Shown here: positions 1 through 13,200 of the stretch, piece after piece
Layout of the letters: the number at the start of each line of letters is the position of its first letter
Position numbering within the stretch: position 1 is the first letter of the stretch
Assembly (NCBI RefSeq): GCF_009834535.1
Contig: NC_045696.1
Coordinates: 48,610,001-48,674,000 of the forward strand
Origin: Camelus ferus
Taxonomy: Eukaryota
DNA length: 64,000 bases
Direction: 5' to 3'
Program-made: the position numbers and the translations under genes
The notes under the pieces: generated by a model
What the model was told of the DNA's origin: nothing
What the model saw: only the letters and a program-made list of their open reading frames with translations
Database searches by the model: none

Positions 1-170
1 CAACCAAGCACTCCAGGGCAATGCAAATGGAATTTTCCACATCTCCAAGAGCCAGAGCCATCAGAGCCCAAGGCGCATACTCCAGTTCTGAGGCTGTTTT
101 ACCCTTCAGCAAGTCTCTGTAAGAGGGAGTTTGAACAAAGACACTTTACTTTTGTTTGAAAATAGAAATG

Positions 171-345
171 TAAAGAAAAATACCATATGATATCGCTTAT
201 ATGTAGAATCTTAAAAAAAAAAAAAAAAGACACAAATGAACTTATTTACAAGACAGAAAAAGACTCACAGACATAAAGAACAGATTCATGGTTACCAGGG
301 GATAAACGGGGTGGAAAGGGATAATTTGGGAATTGAAAATTTGCA
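171..345 (+). mobile_element. Lineage-specific (camelid/artiodactyl-type) L1 3'UTR fragment, truncated at both ends
   Basis: AAAGAAAAATACCATATGATATCGCTTATATGTAGAATCT...GACTCACAGACATA...GGTTACCAGGGG is homologous to the L1 copy at ~51290-51470; no poly(A) tail. Confidence 0.75.
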
Positions 346-496
346 CTTCTTGGGGAGTGATGGAAATGTCAGGTATCTTGATTGTGGCGGTGATTTCACA
401 GGTGTATACATCTTTTAAAATTCATCAAATTGTACATCTGAAATATGTGTAGTTTACTGTACAGAAATCATACCACAATAAAGTTATTTTAAAAAA
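346..496 (+). mobile_element. Old L1M (L1MB/ME-type) 3' terminus
   Basis: TGATGGAAATGT...TATCTTGATTGTGGCGGTGATTTCACAGGTGTATACAT...AAATTCATCAAATTGTACA...CAATAAAGTT is a typical old L1M 3' end. Confidence 0.75.
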
Positions 497-679
497 TAGT
501 AATATAGTTGTAAGTTACTATAGTGATACTCCAGTGACTTGTAAGGATTGAAAAGTGTCATGCGCTCCCTTTTTATACTGTTTATCCTGATCATTTAAAA
601 TTCCTATCTGATGAAGGAAAAAAATCATTGAACACATCTAAAAAATTTAGCTAGTATTTGAAATATTGAGCAAGAAGCA

Positions 680-701
680 AAAAAAAAAAAAAAAAAAAAA
701 A
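680..701 (+). repeat. poly(A) tract
   Basis: Homopolymer run of about 22 A. Confidence 0.9.
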
Positions 702-1819
702 AGAAAGTGAAGAAACTTTCCATGCCCTTTACAGGTGCAGAAACAATTCTTGAGTGAGATAGTCCCCTTTGCTTTGCAAAAACCATTTGGAATCCTAAAT
801 ATTGAATTCCACTACAGCGTAGTGATGTTGTTCAGTTGATGCTGCCACAGGACAAACTGCCTTCAACAGTTTGAAACAGCAAGTATTGGCAAGTCAGTGT
901 TTTTAACTGGGTCTGAAGAAGCACATACATTGAAAGGAAAAGGACTATCTCGCTTATTTGAAGATAGACCATTGAGGTCGTCAGAACCCAGTCTAAGAGT
1001 CTGAAAACTAAACCTCATTAAAAAAACAAAGAGAGGCATTATTATGGCAACTGTTTTAAAACAAAAGAACGGTCTCTTTTTTTAAGGTGTCACACAGACT
1101 ACAAAATAAGAAAACTGGTTGACTGAGCAGAGAGGATCTGTCTGAATTTTAAAAGGAAAATTAAGCACAGAATCATGGTTTGCCCATCTGTCACAGCAAA
1201 AAATGTTATTTTAGCAGAGTAATGGAGACAATGACCTTGCTTCCATGCAAAACCTGGAGCGAGTTACTTTGTAAATTCAATCAGTTCCATTAACAGCCGC
1301 AACTACGAAAAGTTTGAAAATATATTCAACAAGCTTCTTGAAGTTGGCTGATCCATCTTAGACATAAACAGTGTATTTGGTCTGGAAATATCACATATAT
1401 TATGGATGCAAGGACAGAACAAAAGCAATTTTAACGGAAATGCTGAAAATGAAGATCTATTCGTTCTCTTGCTGTTTTAGCCTACAGCTGGGATATCCCA
1501 AATCTCCTGAAATACAGAATTTGTTCCAAGGCACTTTGTATAGGAAATAAGGAACTATTAATTTTCTTCTCCTTTCTTTCTTCTTCTTCTTTTTTTTTTC
1601 TTGGTGTCCACATAAAGGGTATTATTATCATAACCATCAAATTCACTGTAAAGGCTCATTTTAAGTATAAAGAACCAACTTTGAAAAAAATATACATACA
1701 TTCATGTATCACTCATCACACGATAAACTGCCTCTGTTCATCATAATAAACTGTTATGATTCAGAGAGGAATGTTTTTATTTTATAATGAGACACTTTTT
1801 AGAAATGACAATTGGCACA

Positions 1820-1925
1820 GATGTAATTCTGGGCGCTAATCCCAGCACTAGTACCAACTTGTTTCATTATATAGGAGAAAGTCAGTCTGCCTCTCTAGGT
1901 TTTGATTTCTTCATTTGTGAAAGCA
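1820..1925 (+). mobile_element. MIR SINE fragment
   Basis: CTGGGCGCTAATCCCAGCACT...CCTCTCTAGGTTTTGATTTCTTCATTTGTGAAA resembles the MIR core. Confidence 0.55.
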
Positions 1926-2014
1926 AATTTAGCCAGGTGTTTTATCTAAGAAGAAACCAAATTTAGAATTTTGTATTTGTTTGTGGAACAAGTGGCCAGT
2001 CACCCCTGTGGACA

Positions 2015-2490
2015 TCTGTTATATAAGCGGGAGGCTTTGGGTTTGGTTGCTTAACTAAAGGAAGAAAGAGCTGTTTATTGTTTGTTATTTTATTTGAGCC
2101 CACCCCGTACAGGGGCACCTGACATGCAAGGAGAGAAAACTGAACTTTCTTTTGCCTTTGCCTTCACCATCTTTCCCGATTTGGCCCCACTGGGCTTGAG
2201 GGACTGATATGGAGATCTGAGGGGCAGGGATGTAAAGATCGGCAGCTAAAAAAGACGTATTGTAAAGTCCTGGAAGACTGTGCTTTAGGACGTGCCACTT
2301 GAGGATTCTCCTTCGGGGAGGGGGAGATGCCACCTCCCTCCCACCAGCACTGCCCCGTTAGCTCCGCGCTTACAGACGCGCTCACACCTTCCTCCGCAGA
2401 CCTCAGTGCAGCAGGCACAAGAACAGTCACGCCAGATGGGCGCGCACTCCCTGCAGATCACCTGAAGAAAGATACTGAGGAGGAGCAAAG
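2015..2490 (+). promoter_or_regulatory. Candidate promoter and first exon (local CpG cluster ending at a strong 5' splice site)
   Basis: Local CpG enrichment (CCCCGTTAGCTCCGCGC, GACGCGC, GGGCGCGCAC) in an otherwise CpG-poor window; donor AAG|GTGAGC at 2490/2491; transcription start not determinable. Confidence 0.45.
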
Positions 2491-3174
2491 GTGAGCATGT
2501 GGGGCTGGCGATGTGTGTCTGTGGGAATGCTCCAGACGACTGAAGCACGTGTTGAGGAAGGAGAGAGGGCAGACTGAGGTCTTGCATCAGGAGATAGGGG
2601 TCTAATAACTGCTATTTATTTTCATTTTAATAAGACCTCATTTGTACCCAGAGAGTAGTGGGATACAACACAGATTATAAAAATGATGTTCAGTGGGCCA
2701 TGCAGAAAGGTTGTGACTACCGAAACAGGGCCCCTAAATGTGTCAGAACGGAAGAATACTAGTTTTAGAGAGTGCCACCAAGTGCAGGGCAATGTCCTGC
2801 TCCTAGGAAGTTAATGTCTAGTGATTTGTTGAGGAAAGAGAGTCCTAGGCAGGGTCTGGAGACCCAAGCTATAGCTTTGAGCTGTCATTGTGTGAAATCA
2901 GACTGTCCCTCCCTCTCTCTGGGCCTCCTCCCACGCTGCCCCAAGACCTTAGCTTCCTTCCGTGTTACCTGAGGAGCCACACTCAGCGACAAAGATCCTT
3001 CCATTGCTATGATTTTATTATTTCGTTGAATAGATGAGCCCTAATAGAATAGGACAGAATTTAATAGAAGAGAGAGAAAATAATAGCCAACAATGCAAAG
3101 CTGTATATAATGAAATGTTAAATTGTGTGCTGAAGACTAAGAGTATTTATAAGAATTCAAATCAATTTGCCAGG

Positions 3175-3300
3175 TTAGGAGCTCTTTGAGGGCAGGGACT
3201 ATGTGAAAGTCATTTTTCTATCACTGGTACCTAACACTGGTACCTAGCATGTAGCATCTACTTAATTAAATCATTTTAAGAACATGAGTGGATCAATGAG
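3175..3300 (+). mobile_element. L2 3' end
   Basis: GAGCTCTTTGAGGGCAGGGACTATGT...CCTAGCA...ATGAGTGGATCAATGA is a typical L2 tail; contains a 13-nt tandem duplication (CACTGGTACCTAA). Confidence 0.7.
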
Positions 3301-3474
3301 ATTAATATGTTCTCATGAACATTTTTGTTTTAACAAAGTAGATTTAAAACTCTAAACCCAATAAAAACACACTAACATATATTAAGTACTTACCACGTTC
3401 CAGGCACAGTGCTAAGTATTTTTGTGTAAGTTTGAGCTTCCTTAAAAATTAGGTATTAGATATTATTAGTATCT

Positions 3475-3911
3475 ATATTAGTCAGATTCTCCAGAGAAAT
3501 AGAATCAATGTAAGAATATACATATATGAGGAAATTTAGTATAGAAATTAGCTTACATACCTAAGGAGGCCAAGGCCCCCACTCTGCTGTTTGCAAGCTG
3601 GAGAACAGGAAAGCCGGTGGTGTCATTCGGTTCAAGTCTGATGGCCTGAGAATGAGGGTCACAGACAGTGTGACTCCCAGTCCAAGGCCAAAGGCCTGAG
3701 AACCAGGAGCTGTACTGTCTGAGAGCGGGAGGAGATGGATGTCTCTGTTGAGGAAGAGGGAGCAGCAGTCACCCATCTTCCACCTTTTTGTTTCATTGGG
3801 GCCCTTGATAGCTGGGGTGGTGCCCACCTGCCTTGGTGAGGGTGGATCTCTTTACTCAGTCTACTGATTCAAATGCTGATCTCTTCCAGAAACATTCTCA
3901 CAGGCACACCC
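3475..3911 (-). mobile_element. MLT2-type (ERV-L) solo LTR
   Basis: TATTAGTCAGATTCTCCAGAGAAATAGAA...GCAAGCTGGAGAACAGGAAAGCCGGTGG...CTTTACTCAGTCTACTGATTCAAATGCTGATCTCTTCCAGAAACA matches the MLT2 reverse complement. Confidence 0.8.
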
Positions 3912-5030
3912 TTTAACTCTGTAATCCCGGCCTTCCCCTTCACCATGCCCTTATCATTCTTGCCCTCAGGCAACCAATGATCTGCTCCCCATAATTATAG
4001 ATTATTTTGCATTTTTAAAATAATTTATATACATGGAATCCTATAGTCTGTACATTTAGTGGGGTGGGGTTCCAGCTTTTCTCCCTCAGCACAACTATGA
4101 CATCCATATTGTTGCATGTAGGAAGAGTTCATGGCTTCTTACTGTTGAGTGCCATCTCATGGTATGGATACAACAAAATTTGGGTAGTCCATTTACAAGT
4201 TGATAGATTTGTGGACTGTTTCCTGTTCTGTTTTTGGCTATTAAAAATGAAGTTACTATAAACATTTGTTTACAAGTCTTTTTTTATACATTTATTGAGG
4301 TATAATTGGTATACAAAAATCTGCACAAAACTATTTTACACAATTTGGTGGTTTTGGACATATACATACATTCATGTTACCACAATCAAAGTAATAAATA
4401 TATAAATCACTTCCAAAAGTTTCCTTATGCCCCTCTTCTGTTGTGTGTGTATGTGTGCGTACTTCTTTGTGGTAGGAAAACAACATGAAATCTACTCTTT
4501 TAACAAGTTTTTAAGCACACAATACCTTACTATTAACTATAGGCACTATGATGTTCTGTGATCTGTAGAATTTACTTGGGTACAAATCCTTTATTAAATG
4601 TATATTTTTAAAAATTCCCTGTCTGTAGTTTGTTGTTTCATTTTTTAAAACAGTGTCTATTAGGAGCAAAAGATTCAATGTTGATGTAGTTCAATTAGTT
4701 GATTTTATTTTCCTCTTATAGCTTGGAATTTTACTGTTTTATTTAAGAAATATTGCCAAAGTCAAAGTCACTAAACTGTTCTTATATGTTTTCTTCTAGA
4801 CATTTTATAATTAGAGCTCATATTAGGTATAAAATCCATTTTGTGTTTTTTTATATATGTTGTGAGGTCAGGGTTTATGTTCAATTATTAAATAGTTTTG
4901 CAGTTTTTCAGCATAGTTGGTTGAAAAAATTATTCCCATTTAAATGCTGATACCTTTGTTGAAAATCCATTGATCATATTTGTGTGGTTTTGTTTCTGGA
5001 TTCTTTATTCTGTTCTATTTGCCTATATTT
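3912..5030 (-). mobile_element. Old L1M fragments (3'UTR/ORF2 end) with a nested L1MA-type 3' end at ~4280-4570
   Basis: CAGGCAACCAATGATCTG, TTGGCTATT...AAACATT, TTTATTGAGGTATAATTG...ATCACTTCCAAAAGTTTCC and GATCATATTTGTGTGG...TTCTTTATTCTGTTC are antisense L1 motifs. Confidence 0.75.
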
Positions 5031-5059
5031 CCCAAAGGCACATGCTAATTATTTTCCTG

Positions 5060-5990
5060 TAAAGAAAAACCTGGTAGACCTCATTTTAATACAGTGATCA
5101 AGTTTAATATCACAAGCAGTTAGGCAAAGCAGCATCACATACCTCTTGCTAGATTGTGCTAAGAAGGACAAGATGTCACTTGGTGAAAAACACAGAAACA
5201 TAATCTTGAGGGGATATAATAAAACCCAAGGCTGAGGGTTGCGTTCTACATGATAACTGGTCTGTACTCTTTAAAGAGATCAAGGCCATGAAGACCAAGG
5301 TGGACTAAAGAGCTGTTCAAGTTGAATAAAGTCTAGGGAGAACTGATTAGAATGTGTGACCCTAGATGAAATCCCAGAGCAGAGTTTCTTCTGAAGTTTC
5401 TTCTACAAGTTATGCTATAAATGACATTATAAGGACAATGGGCAAAACATGAACGTGATCTGTATGTTAGGTAATAGTACTGTATCAGTGTTAGCTTTTA
5501 ACCTTTCATAATAGTGCTATAATAAGCAATTCGGTGTCCTCATTTTTAGGAAACACATGCACACACACAGAAAAGCACAAAAAGACGAATATGGTTAGGT
5601 ATTAACAACTGGGAAATCTGATGAATAACTAGAGTGCTTCGAGGATTTTTATAACTTTTCTATGGATTGGAAACTTTTTTCTATATATGAATTTATAAGA
5701 AAATGTCATGGTACCAAATAATGATAAATTGGACAAGAAAGGTTAATTACATACTATTTTTAGTAAAAAAAAAAAACAAACAAAACGAGGTTTTAAACTA
5801 TATATAATGTATCAGTATACATTTACTTAAAATGCTAGAAAGAGAAAATATTAATATTTAACTCTACAAGATGGAATGGCAGTGTGATTATAAATTTTCT
5901 TCTTTATAAATTTTCGTATCATCCAAATACTACAATAGATATGCATTATTTTTATCATTGGGGAAAAAAACATTGAACATATTTTATAAA
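5060..5990 (+). mobile_element. Old L1MC/L1ME 3' fragments
   Basis: AAAAACCTGGTAGACC...AGTGATCAAGTTTAATATCAC...ATAACTGGTCTGTACTCTTTAAA...GACATTAT...GGACAATGGGCAAAA. Confidence 0.6.
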
Positions 5991-6412
5991 TAATTATATA
6001 GTTTAAGGCCAAATATCCATCTCTGGAAAGTTAGCATGCATTGTATTCTTTTTTTCTCTTTTCCTCCGATAATTAATATGTACTTGAGTTCCATAGAAGA
6101 CTGTTTTAACTCTTAAAATAACTTGCTATTGTGACTACAGTCAGAAGCAGTACAGTTTTCAATTCCTTATCATTTACATTGTCTGAAAGCAAGAATGGGT
6201 AGCAGAAGTAGGGGCTACAAGTGAAATGGACTTGTGTTCAACTATTCCTATGGCCCTGTGATCCAGAACAAATCATCTTATTTTTCAGTTTCTTTCTTTT
6301 TCAAATAGGGAAAATGCTAGTAAAGCACTATAAGGTGGGATAGTGGTGTGATTATAACTTTTCTTCTTTATGTGTTTTTATATTATCCCAAAATACCATT
6401 TTTCATAAAGTT

Positions 6413-6799
6413 TGCTCTGGGCTAACTTGTGTCCCTCCCTAATCCATATGTTGAGATGCTAATTTTCAGTACCTTAAAATATTTGGAGATGTGATTTTAT
6501 AGAAGTAATTAAATGAAAATGAGATTATTTGGGTTGGCCCTCATACAATATGACTGATGTTCTTATAAGAGGAAATTTGAACACTGTAACAGACACAGAG
6601 AGAGAACAATGTGAAGAAACAGAGGGAGGTGACCACCTGCAAAACACGGGGAGAAGCTTAGAACAGATCCTTCCTCCTGGCTCTCAAAAGGAACCAGTCT
6701 CTCCAGTACCTTCATCTCAGGCTTCCAGACTGTGAGAACCTAAGTTTCTGTTCTTTAAGCCACCTATCTTTGTTGTGGCAGCACCAGCAGACTAATGCA
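6413..6799 (+). mobile_element. MLT1A/B-type MaLR solo LTR inserted in a MIR
   Basis: TG...CA termini; TTTGGAGAT, GGCCCTCATACAATATGACTGATGTTCTTATAAGAGGAAATTTG, TTTAAGCCACC; 5-bp TSD AAGTT/AGGTT (4 of 5). Confidence 0.85.
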
Positions 6800-8799
6800 A
6801 GGTTACAAGGAGCACTGAGTTCTGAGACCATATGAGTAAAATCTTAGTGAGTGCCTGGTCCAAAATAAACTTAGTAAATGGGATTTGTCACTATGCTTTT
6901 CAAAATATAAAAGTTCTAATGATTAAATACAGATTTCTTTTTTCTGTACAGTTCATCCTAAAATAAAATATGATTGCATTTTTTACATCAATTTTTAAAT
7001 CAGAGACTGACCTGAAAAATCTCTCTTAAAATAATAATTATAATTTTGTATTAGACGTGACCTTGGAAGTAGATTAGTCCAGTGTTCCCCCTTTTATTTT
7101 ACTAAAAACAGATATTATATCATGTTTATCCAGGTAGAAAACAGGTCAGAGATAAAGCCGTTCTTGTTGTGTAGACCTCCAGACTCTCATTCAAGAATTA
7201 GTTTAAACCATGGTAACTTTACTTGGAGCTATGTTTGTTTTATCGTATAAAACTGTCATTTTGCTCTATAAAAGGCCTGTTTTCTCTTTTTTCCTCTTTC
7301 TACTCTTCAAAATTAATTTGTATTTTCTTATTTCTGTGGAAAAGGATAAACCTTAATTGCCCAGATTGCTTGTATTATATAGAAAATAGTTCTGTCTTTT
7401 GAGTAGAAAGATCATACCCATGAGACCTCTTTAGGTTCCAGGAAGCATCAGGATCACCCTATACAGTTGGCATCATTACATTTATTGCCGTGGAACCTGT
7501 CCAAATCCTACCTAAAAAGCTGGGTCAAACCACTTGGCCATATTGGCAGAGCACTGAAGTAAAGGTTTGTGAGCCCAGGCCAACTCTGAAGCAGCCTGAA
7601 GCTGTGTGTGGGGGTGGGGGTGGGGTGGGGGGATATACTAAATGTAACTGAGAGGCAACCAGGGTCATATACATTGGAAACAATGCACTGTTTGCGGGTC
7701 ACTCAGAAACAGGTGCTGACAAAAACCATACATAGTTGGAGGGAAACATGCACATCAGGATGAACAGGTGAGAATCGAGTCAAGCTACTGATGTATTCTA
7801 TTCTTTCATTACTCTGCTTACACTTACAGCAATCCTGATTATTCACATAATGTAATTAAGGGCAAAACAGAGAAAAACCAAAGTAGAAGAAAACAGTAGT
7901 TCTTCAACTGGTAAGGGTGTCCCAGGTCTCCTCCTTCAGCATGGCTCCTTTTTCTAAGTTTGAGATCCCTTGACCTTTATTTGCAAGATCAAGTCCACCC
8001 CAATATCTAGAACTAGTCCTGAACATAAACAGAAGAAACCTAATGCATTTTGTACTTTCACTCAGCGTCTTCACTACTGTGGCTGTTCTGATCCAGACCA
8101 TGAGCCACACCACACAGTAACCGGGCCTCTGCCATGTTCCTGGGGTTAACTTGTGACCTTATACCCATGTTGCAGAATGGGCTTGTGCTTTGGACTCCCT
8201 AGTCCAGGCACCTCTCTTGATTACTAGGATAGGACAGCATCCTCAGCTTTGGGAAACTACTTTGTCCTTGCCAGTCCTCCCAGAATCGTGGTCTCAGGCC
8301 TAAAAGCCAGGTGTCTGACTAAGCTCTGGCTTGTCTTGCTACGCAAGGTATCCTAGATCTGTGCTCTGCTTGTCAGCCAAAGGCACCTGTCACTTCAGTT
8401 GGTGTTCTCTCTGATGCTGGCTGGTGTCTTGAGTACCCCCGTACTCTACATTATGCTCTTTGTGTTAGGAGGCCTGCTGTATAGTCCTTCTTCCCATCAC
8501 CTCCACCCATAGCTCACTTTTCCACCACTAGCCCTTTCCCAATGCCAAGCTCCGTATTGCATCATCTTCTTTGCCTCTAATCGGGTGTTCCCCTGCTCTG
8601 TCAGTGATTCAGCTGTCAGATCTATGGTGTCAGCCTCCAAAAAAGCCTTGAACTTGGAAGTAAAAATAAAAAACACTAATAGGCTACTTCTGGAAGAGTA
8701 TCCTCTCTCTACCTTGCCCCCATGACTAGGTAAAATGCAAGGAAACTACAATGTGCTGTTCATTCATTAACAAGTAGGACAAAGTGTTCTCCGTGGCTG

Positions 8800-9205
8800 A
8801 GCAGAGTAGGTTATAGATGAGGTAAAATGCCATGGTAACAAATACCTCCAAATCTCATTGGTTTAAACAAAGACTTATTTTGCATATACATCACACCTGT
8901 TTTGTGTTGGTAAGTAGGGATTTGCTTATTGTCATCACTCTGGACCTCAGTTTCTCAGCAAAGTCACTAACATGAACATTCCCAGTCCCTGTGACAGAGG
9001 AAAAGGGAAGACCCCCTCCTGCCTCACACAGGTTATTGAATACTCAGCCAGGAAGTGACACACCTACTTCTAACTACAGCTTATTGACTGGAATTAGTTA
9101 CCGACCCCCACCTGACCCCAAAGAGGTCCTCAAAATGCAAGCTACCAAATGCTTTGAATGGGGATAGCTGAAAACTTTTGTCAAATAGCACTAATAATTC
9201 ACAGG
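8800..9205 (-). mobile_element. Old MLT1 (J/K-like) LTR
   Basis: GGTAACAAATACCTCCAAATCTCATTGGTTTAAACAAAG...CAGGAAGTGACACAC...TTATTGACTGGAATTAGT. Confidence 0.6.
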
Positions 9206-9919
9206 GGCCAAGCTAACTGTTAGCACCACGCCCTGCCTGTGCCAAAGCCATCTGCACAGGATGAAAGAGAAAAGAAGGAAGGAAAGACAAATTCCCGGTG
9301 GTCAGGAAATCAAATCTGTTAGTGAACTGTTGAAGTGGTGAGAAAGACAGGAAGCAAGAGTAGCAGAAATGAGAAGCATCTTTACCGACAGGAAAGAAGT
9401 GATTAGGAAAATCAGCAAAAGCCACTAGAACAGGGGAAGGCGGAGCAGCCTGAGGGAAGTGACAGGCTGAATCCTCTCTGCCTCAGTCATCTCCAGAGTT
9501 AGTAGTTTACACTTTACTAACAAGTGTTCCTAACAAACACAGGTCACAGGTCCCTCCCATTAAGAAGGACCTGAATTAGATTTATTTCACTCTATTAATC
9601 GGATAAGTTAACACTTTCAGTATCAAATCTAGAGATGTGAAGTATTGATGTAAAAGGTTTACAAGACAATGCTGGTTTAGAGAGGAGGATGTGAGAAATA
9701 TTTGGAATGTAGATACACTTTCCTTCCACATAAGTCTGTGTTTCATTACAATGAGATAACAACTACCCCATGACTGTTGTGACTGTTTCTTGGACCAGCA
9801 GCAGTTGATCCTACAGTCATTCATAACTCTCCTTTCTCCAAGAGTGATTTGAAACAAGAAATACAGCAAATAATTTTTTTCAGTTAAAATAATGGATGAA
9901 GGCTAGGGAACCCTTAGGT

Positions 9920-10285
9920 AATGGCATGAAAACATCTTCACAATGTAGATTTCAAGTGGAAAAAGCAAGGTGCAGTGCAGGGTAATGACTACACTAACCC
10001 ACTAAGTAAAAACGGGGTGAAAGCTAGTTTGTATTGCTACTTACTTGGACATTTATAAAATATTTGGAAGGATATAAAAATGTAACAACAGTGTTTATTT
10101 GTTGGCAGTGGTGGGAGCACTGTGGAATGGGATCTTGGAGGATGGTGAAAGGGGTTGAAAGGAAAAAATTTTTCTAGTAAACCCATACACATGCACACAC
10201 ACATATGTTTACAAACAAATATATGTATGTATCTATAATTTTGGCTTCATAAATATCTTACCTATTCAAAAATTTTAAAAAGTAG
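9920..10285 (+). mobile_element. L1ME fragment
   Basis: AAGTGGAAAAAGCAAGGTGCAG...TTTGGAAGGATATA...TAACAACAGTG is a degenerate L1ME 3'UTR. Confidence 0.5.
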
Positions 10286-13200
10286 CATTTAACAGTAAAA
10301 TGAATCACTTCTTAATTAAAATGAAAGTAAAATAATTATCAAGACCAAGCAATGCAACAAGTATAAGGTTGGGCATTGGGATACTTGGATGTAATAAATT
10401 TTAATCATGATGATTTAAAGCTCAGTAACATTGAAAAATACAGTATTTGCCTAAAATTCCCATTAGGTTTTAAGTACCTAATTCTGATGATTTACGGAGT
10501 TTAACAAATAAGACAAATCAGAAATGTAAACATGTTAGTGTGCATCAAATTTATCATTTCATTTCTGCAAGAGTAATTTTGAGGACTTTCCAAGAAGCAG
10601 AAAGCCAAGTGTTAGAGCTTTGTAATTTCTCTATAATTTGATCAATTTAACAAATAGAGCTGTTTGAGAACTAGCCATCCAATACTGAATTATATCAGTG
10701 CAGCACCATAAGAAAGGCTGTGGTTTACCTGAGTCATAGTTTATGTGAACAAACCCAGCATTCTAAATCCAATTTGTGATGAACTCTTTGCCTAGCACCG
10801 TGTTTAAGAGAGGAGTAGAGGACAGTAAAACAACCCCCAACCCTGAAGCTCTGATGTGTCTCTCACTGTTTGGACCTTCTTTCTACATATCATCCCAGGT
10901 GCCTCACAGGCCCGGTACATTTGTTCTGCCTTCCTTGTTAGTGCAGTATTGCCCCTCTAGGCTACCTCTTCTCCATTCTTCCATCATCTAAGCCTTTTCT
11001 TTACAGCTCACATAAAACTCTATTTACTCTCATTCTTCTCCACTATCAGCCCCAACAATCTGAACTTTCTCAAGAGTTTTTAATCAAGGCCATTGTTGGA
11101 CCCAAATACTAATTACTTCTTCTAGGCTATGGTGTACAGTATTTGCCAAGACACCTTGAAGTCATAAGGAAATTAGTAAGATACTAGCATCATTCAAGAG
11201 ATTGAGTTCAGGTATTGAGAGGATGGATCTCAGTAACACGAACAACTAAACTTCAACACCAGCGGGCTGTAGACAGGCAGCTAAAATATTGCCTACGACG
11301 GAGAACTGTCCTTGATACCTAGTTCTTAGCGTAATGTCTGCTGTGTGACAGATGCTCTCTACTCAATAACTAGTTGCTGAACAAAAGAATCAACTCCATT
11401 AATTTCTGTACAAAAACTCCATGAACATGCAAATTTACTGAGGACATTTCATCAAAACTAAATTTAGGATGGTTTCTTCTTTTTTTGGTAAATCAGTAAT
11501 AGCTCCCTCTGGCAAACTTATCACTGTATGGACACCAAATTGTAGTAAATGTAGACTGATTGTACATATAAATTCAGAATGTTGGGATTAACACATCAGT
11601 TAAATGGGCATTCTGGGTATATTGGTGATTTGCTTTAAATATCTTACATGAGATTCCTGGTTACAAAGTAGTTATCAATTATCTTCTCAACTAGATAGTA
11701 ACCTGTAAGGTGAGAACTTCATCTCCTCTACCCTGGAATGCCCAATTCCACACATGTATGGTTGTTGATAAAAAACATCAGACATGGAGAGAAAGAAGTT
11801 GGCATGAAGTGACCCAGGATTGAATGGACTGTGAAAATTTTGATCGAACACAGTAACCTCAAGGGACGAATTTGCAGCAAGAATCTTTCTCTTGCCAGTT
11901 CTTGCCAGGGATACTTTCCATTCCTTGCTTTGAACTTGGAGGTGAGTCAGTAGAACAAAAGAAACCAAAGTATTTGGGCAAGGCCCCAAACAAATCACCT
12001 ACTCCTCATTGGTTTTTTCAAAGCCAACTCCTGGAGGCTGGTCTACTGGCACTCACTAGCTGCATGTTATCATCCACTTAGGGCCCTACAGTCCAGCAGT
12101 TTGGCCACAGAGTTTATCACTAAGCACCATTCTGCTATAACAATCCCACCGACTATCCTCAGTCTTCCCCACGCAAGAGCTGACCTGATTTGATCCCAAT
12201 CTAGTTATGTTTTATGATATAGTCACATTATATCCAGAGGTTCAATGAGAGACATATTACATGTTAATAATGTTGAATCTTAAACAAAACAATCTCAAGT
12301 AACAATGCCTGATAGGATGAGGAAAGGTCCCTTTCATTTCAGTGATTGCTGGGTAGAAATTTGACAGCGTTTTAAATTCATACTGTTGACGCAGAAACCA
12401 TTTTTAGAGGCTATCTGGCCCAGACTTCTCATTTTCAAACAAGAGATGAGAGGCTTGGGGAAGTGGATCTCCCTCAGGGAGATTTATGGCCCTGGGGTAG
12501 AAGGAGGAACAGAAGGCGAGTCTCCCAGCTCTTTCAGTTCTACACACACCGACTGTTTCCCTGTACTGCACCATCCTTTCCAGCAACAAGATCGAAAATA
12601 AGTAACAAAATTAAATGACACAATTTGGATCACTCAAAGAAGAAAACGTGTGAACACATTATTTTAATTTGCTAATGTGTGCTATTTCCAGTTATACTGA
12701 AAAAATAAAATGCAAGCATATTAAGTGAACAATGGAACAGATTTTTTTTGCTTTCGTGATAATGGTTAGTGTTTCGTGATATTGATATTACTATTTCAAA
12801 AGTAATTTAAGGGGAGCTTATTTTCAAACTGTCAGTTATGAAAATGTGTATACCATTTCTGTTGCAGCATGAATAGAAAAGGCTGGTCTCCCGAGTGTTG
12901 ATGATAAAGGTGAATAGTCCTCATAACTGATTTCTGAACCATGTGTTTCTTTCAGTTTCATGATTGCACTGATATAGTTCTCTGAATGTTGTATTTCAGA
13001 GGCATATTTTTTCACATATGTTCAAGATATGAGCAAAATTCAATATGATAAAGAGATTCTTGTCGCATAAATACATTAGCCAAGCAAGTCTCTTATAGCT
13101 AAGGACAGGGTGAAGTCAGTTGAAATTATGATTCACCATTCCATTTATAAACACTTATCAACCTAACATGTTTTCTAAGCTTCAGTAGCCTGAATATTTT

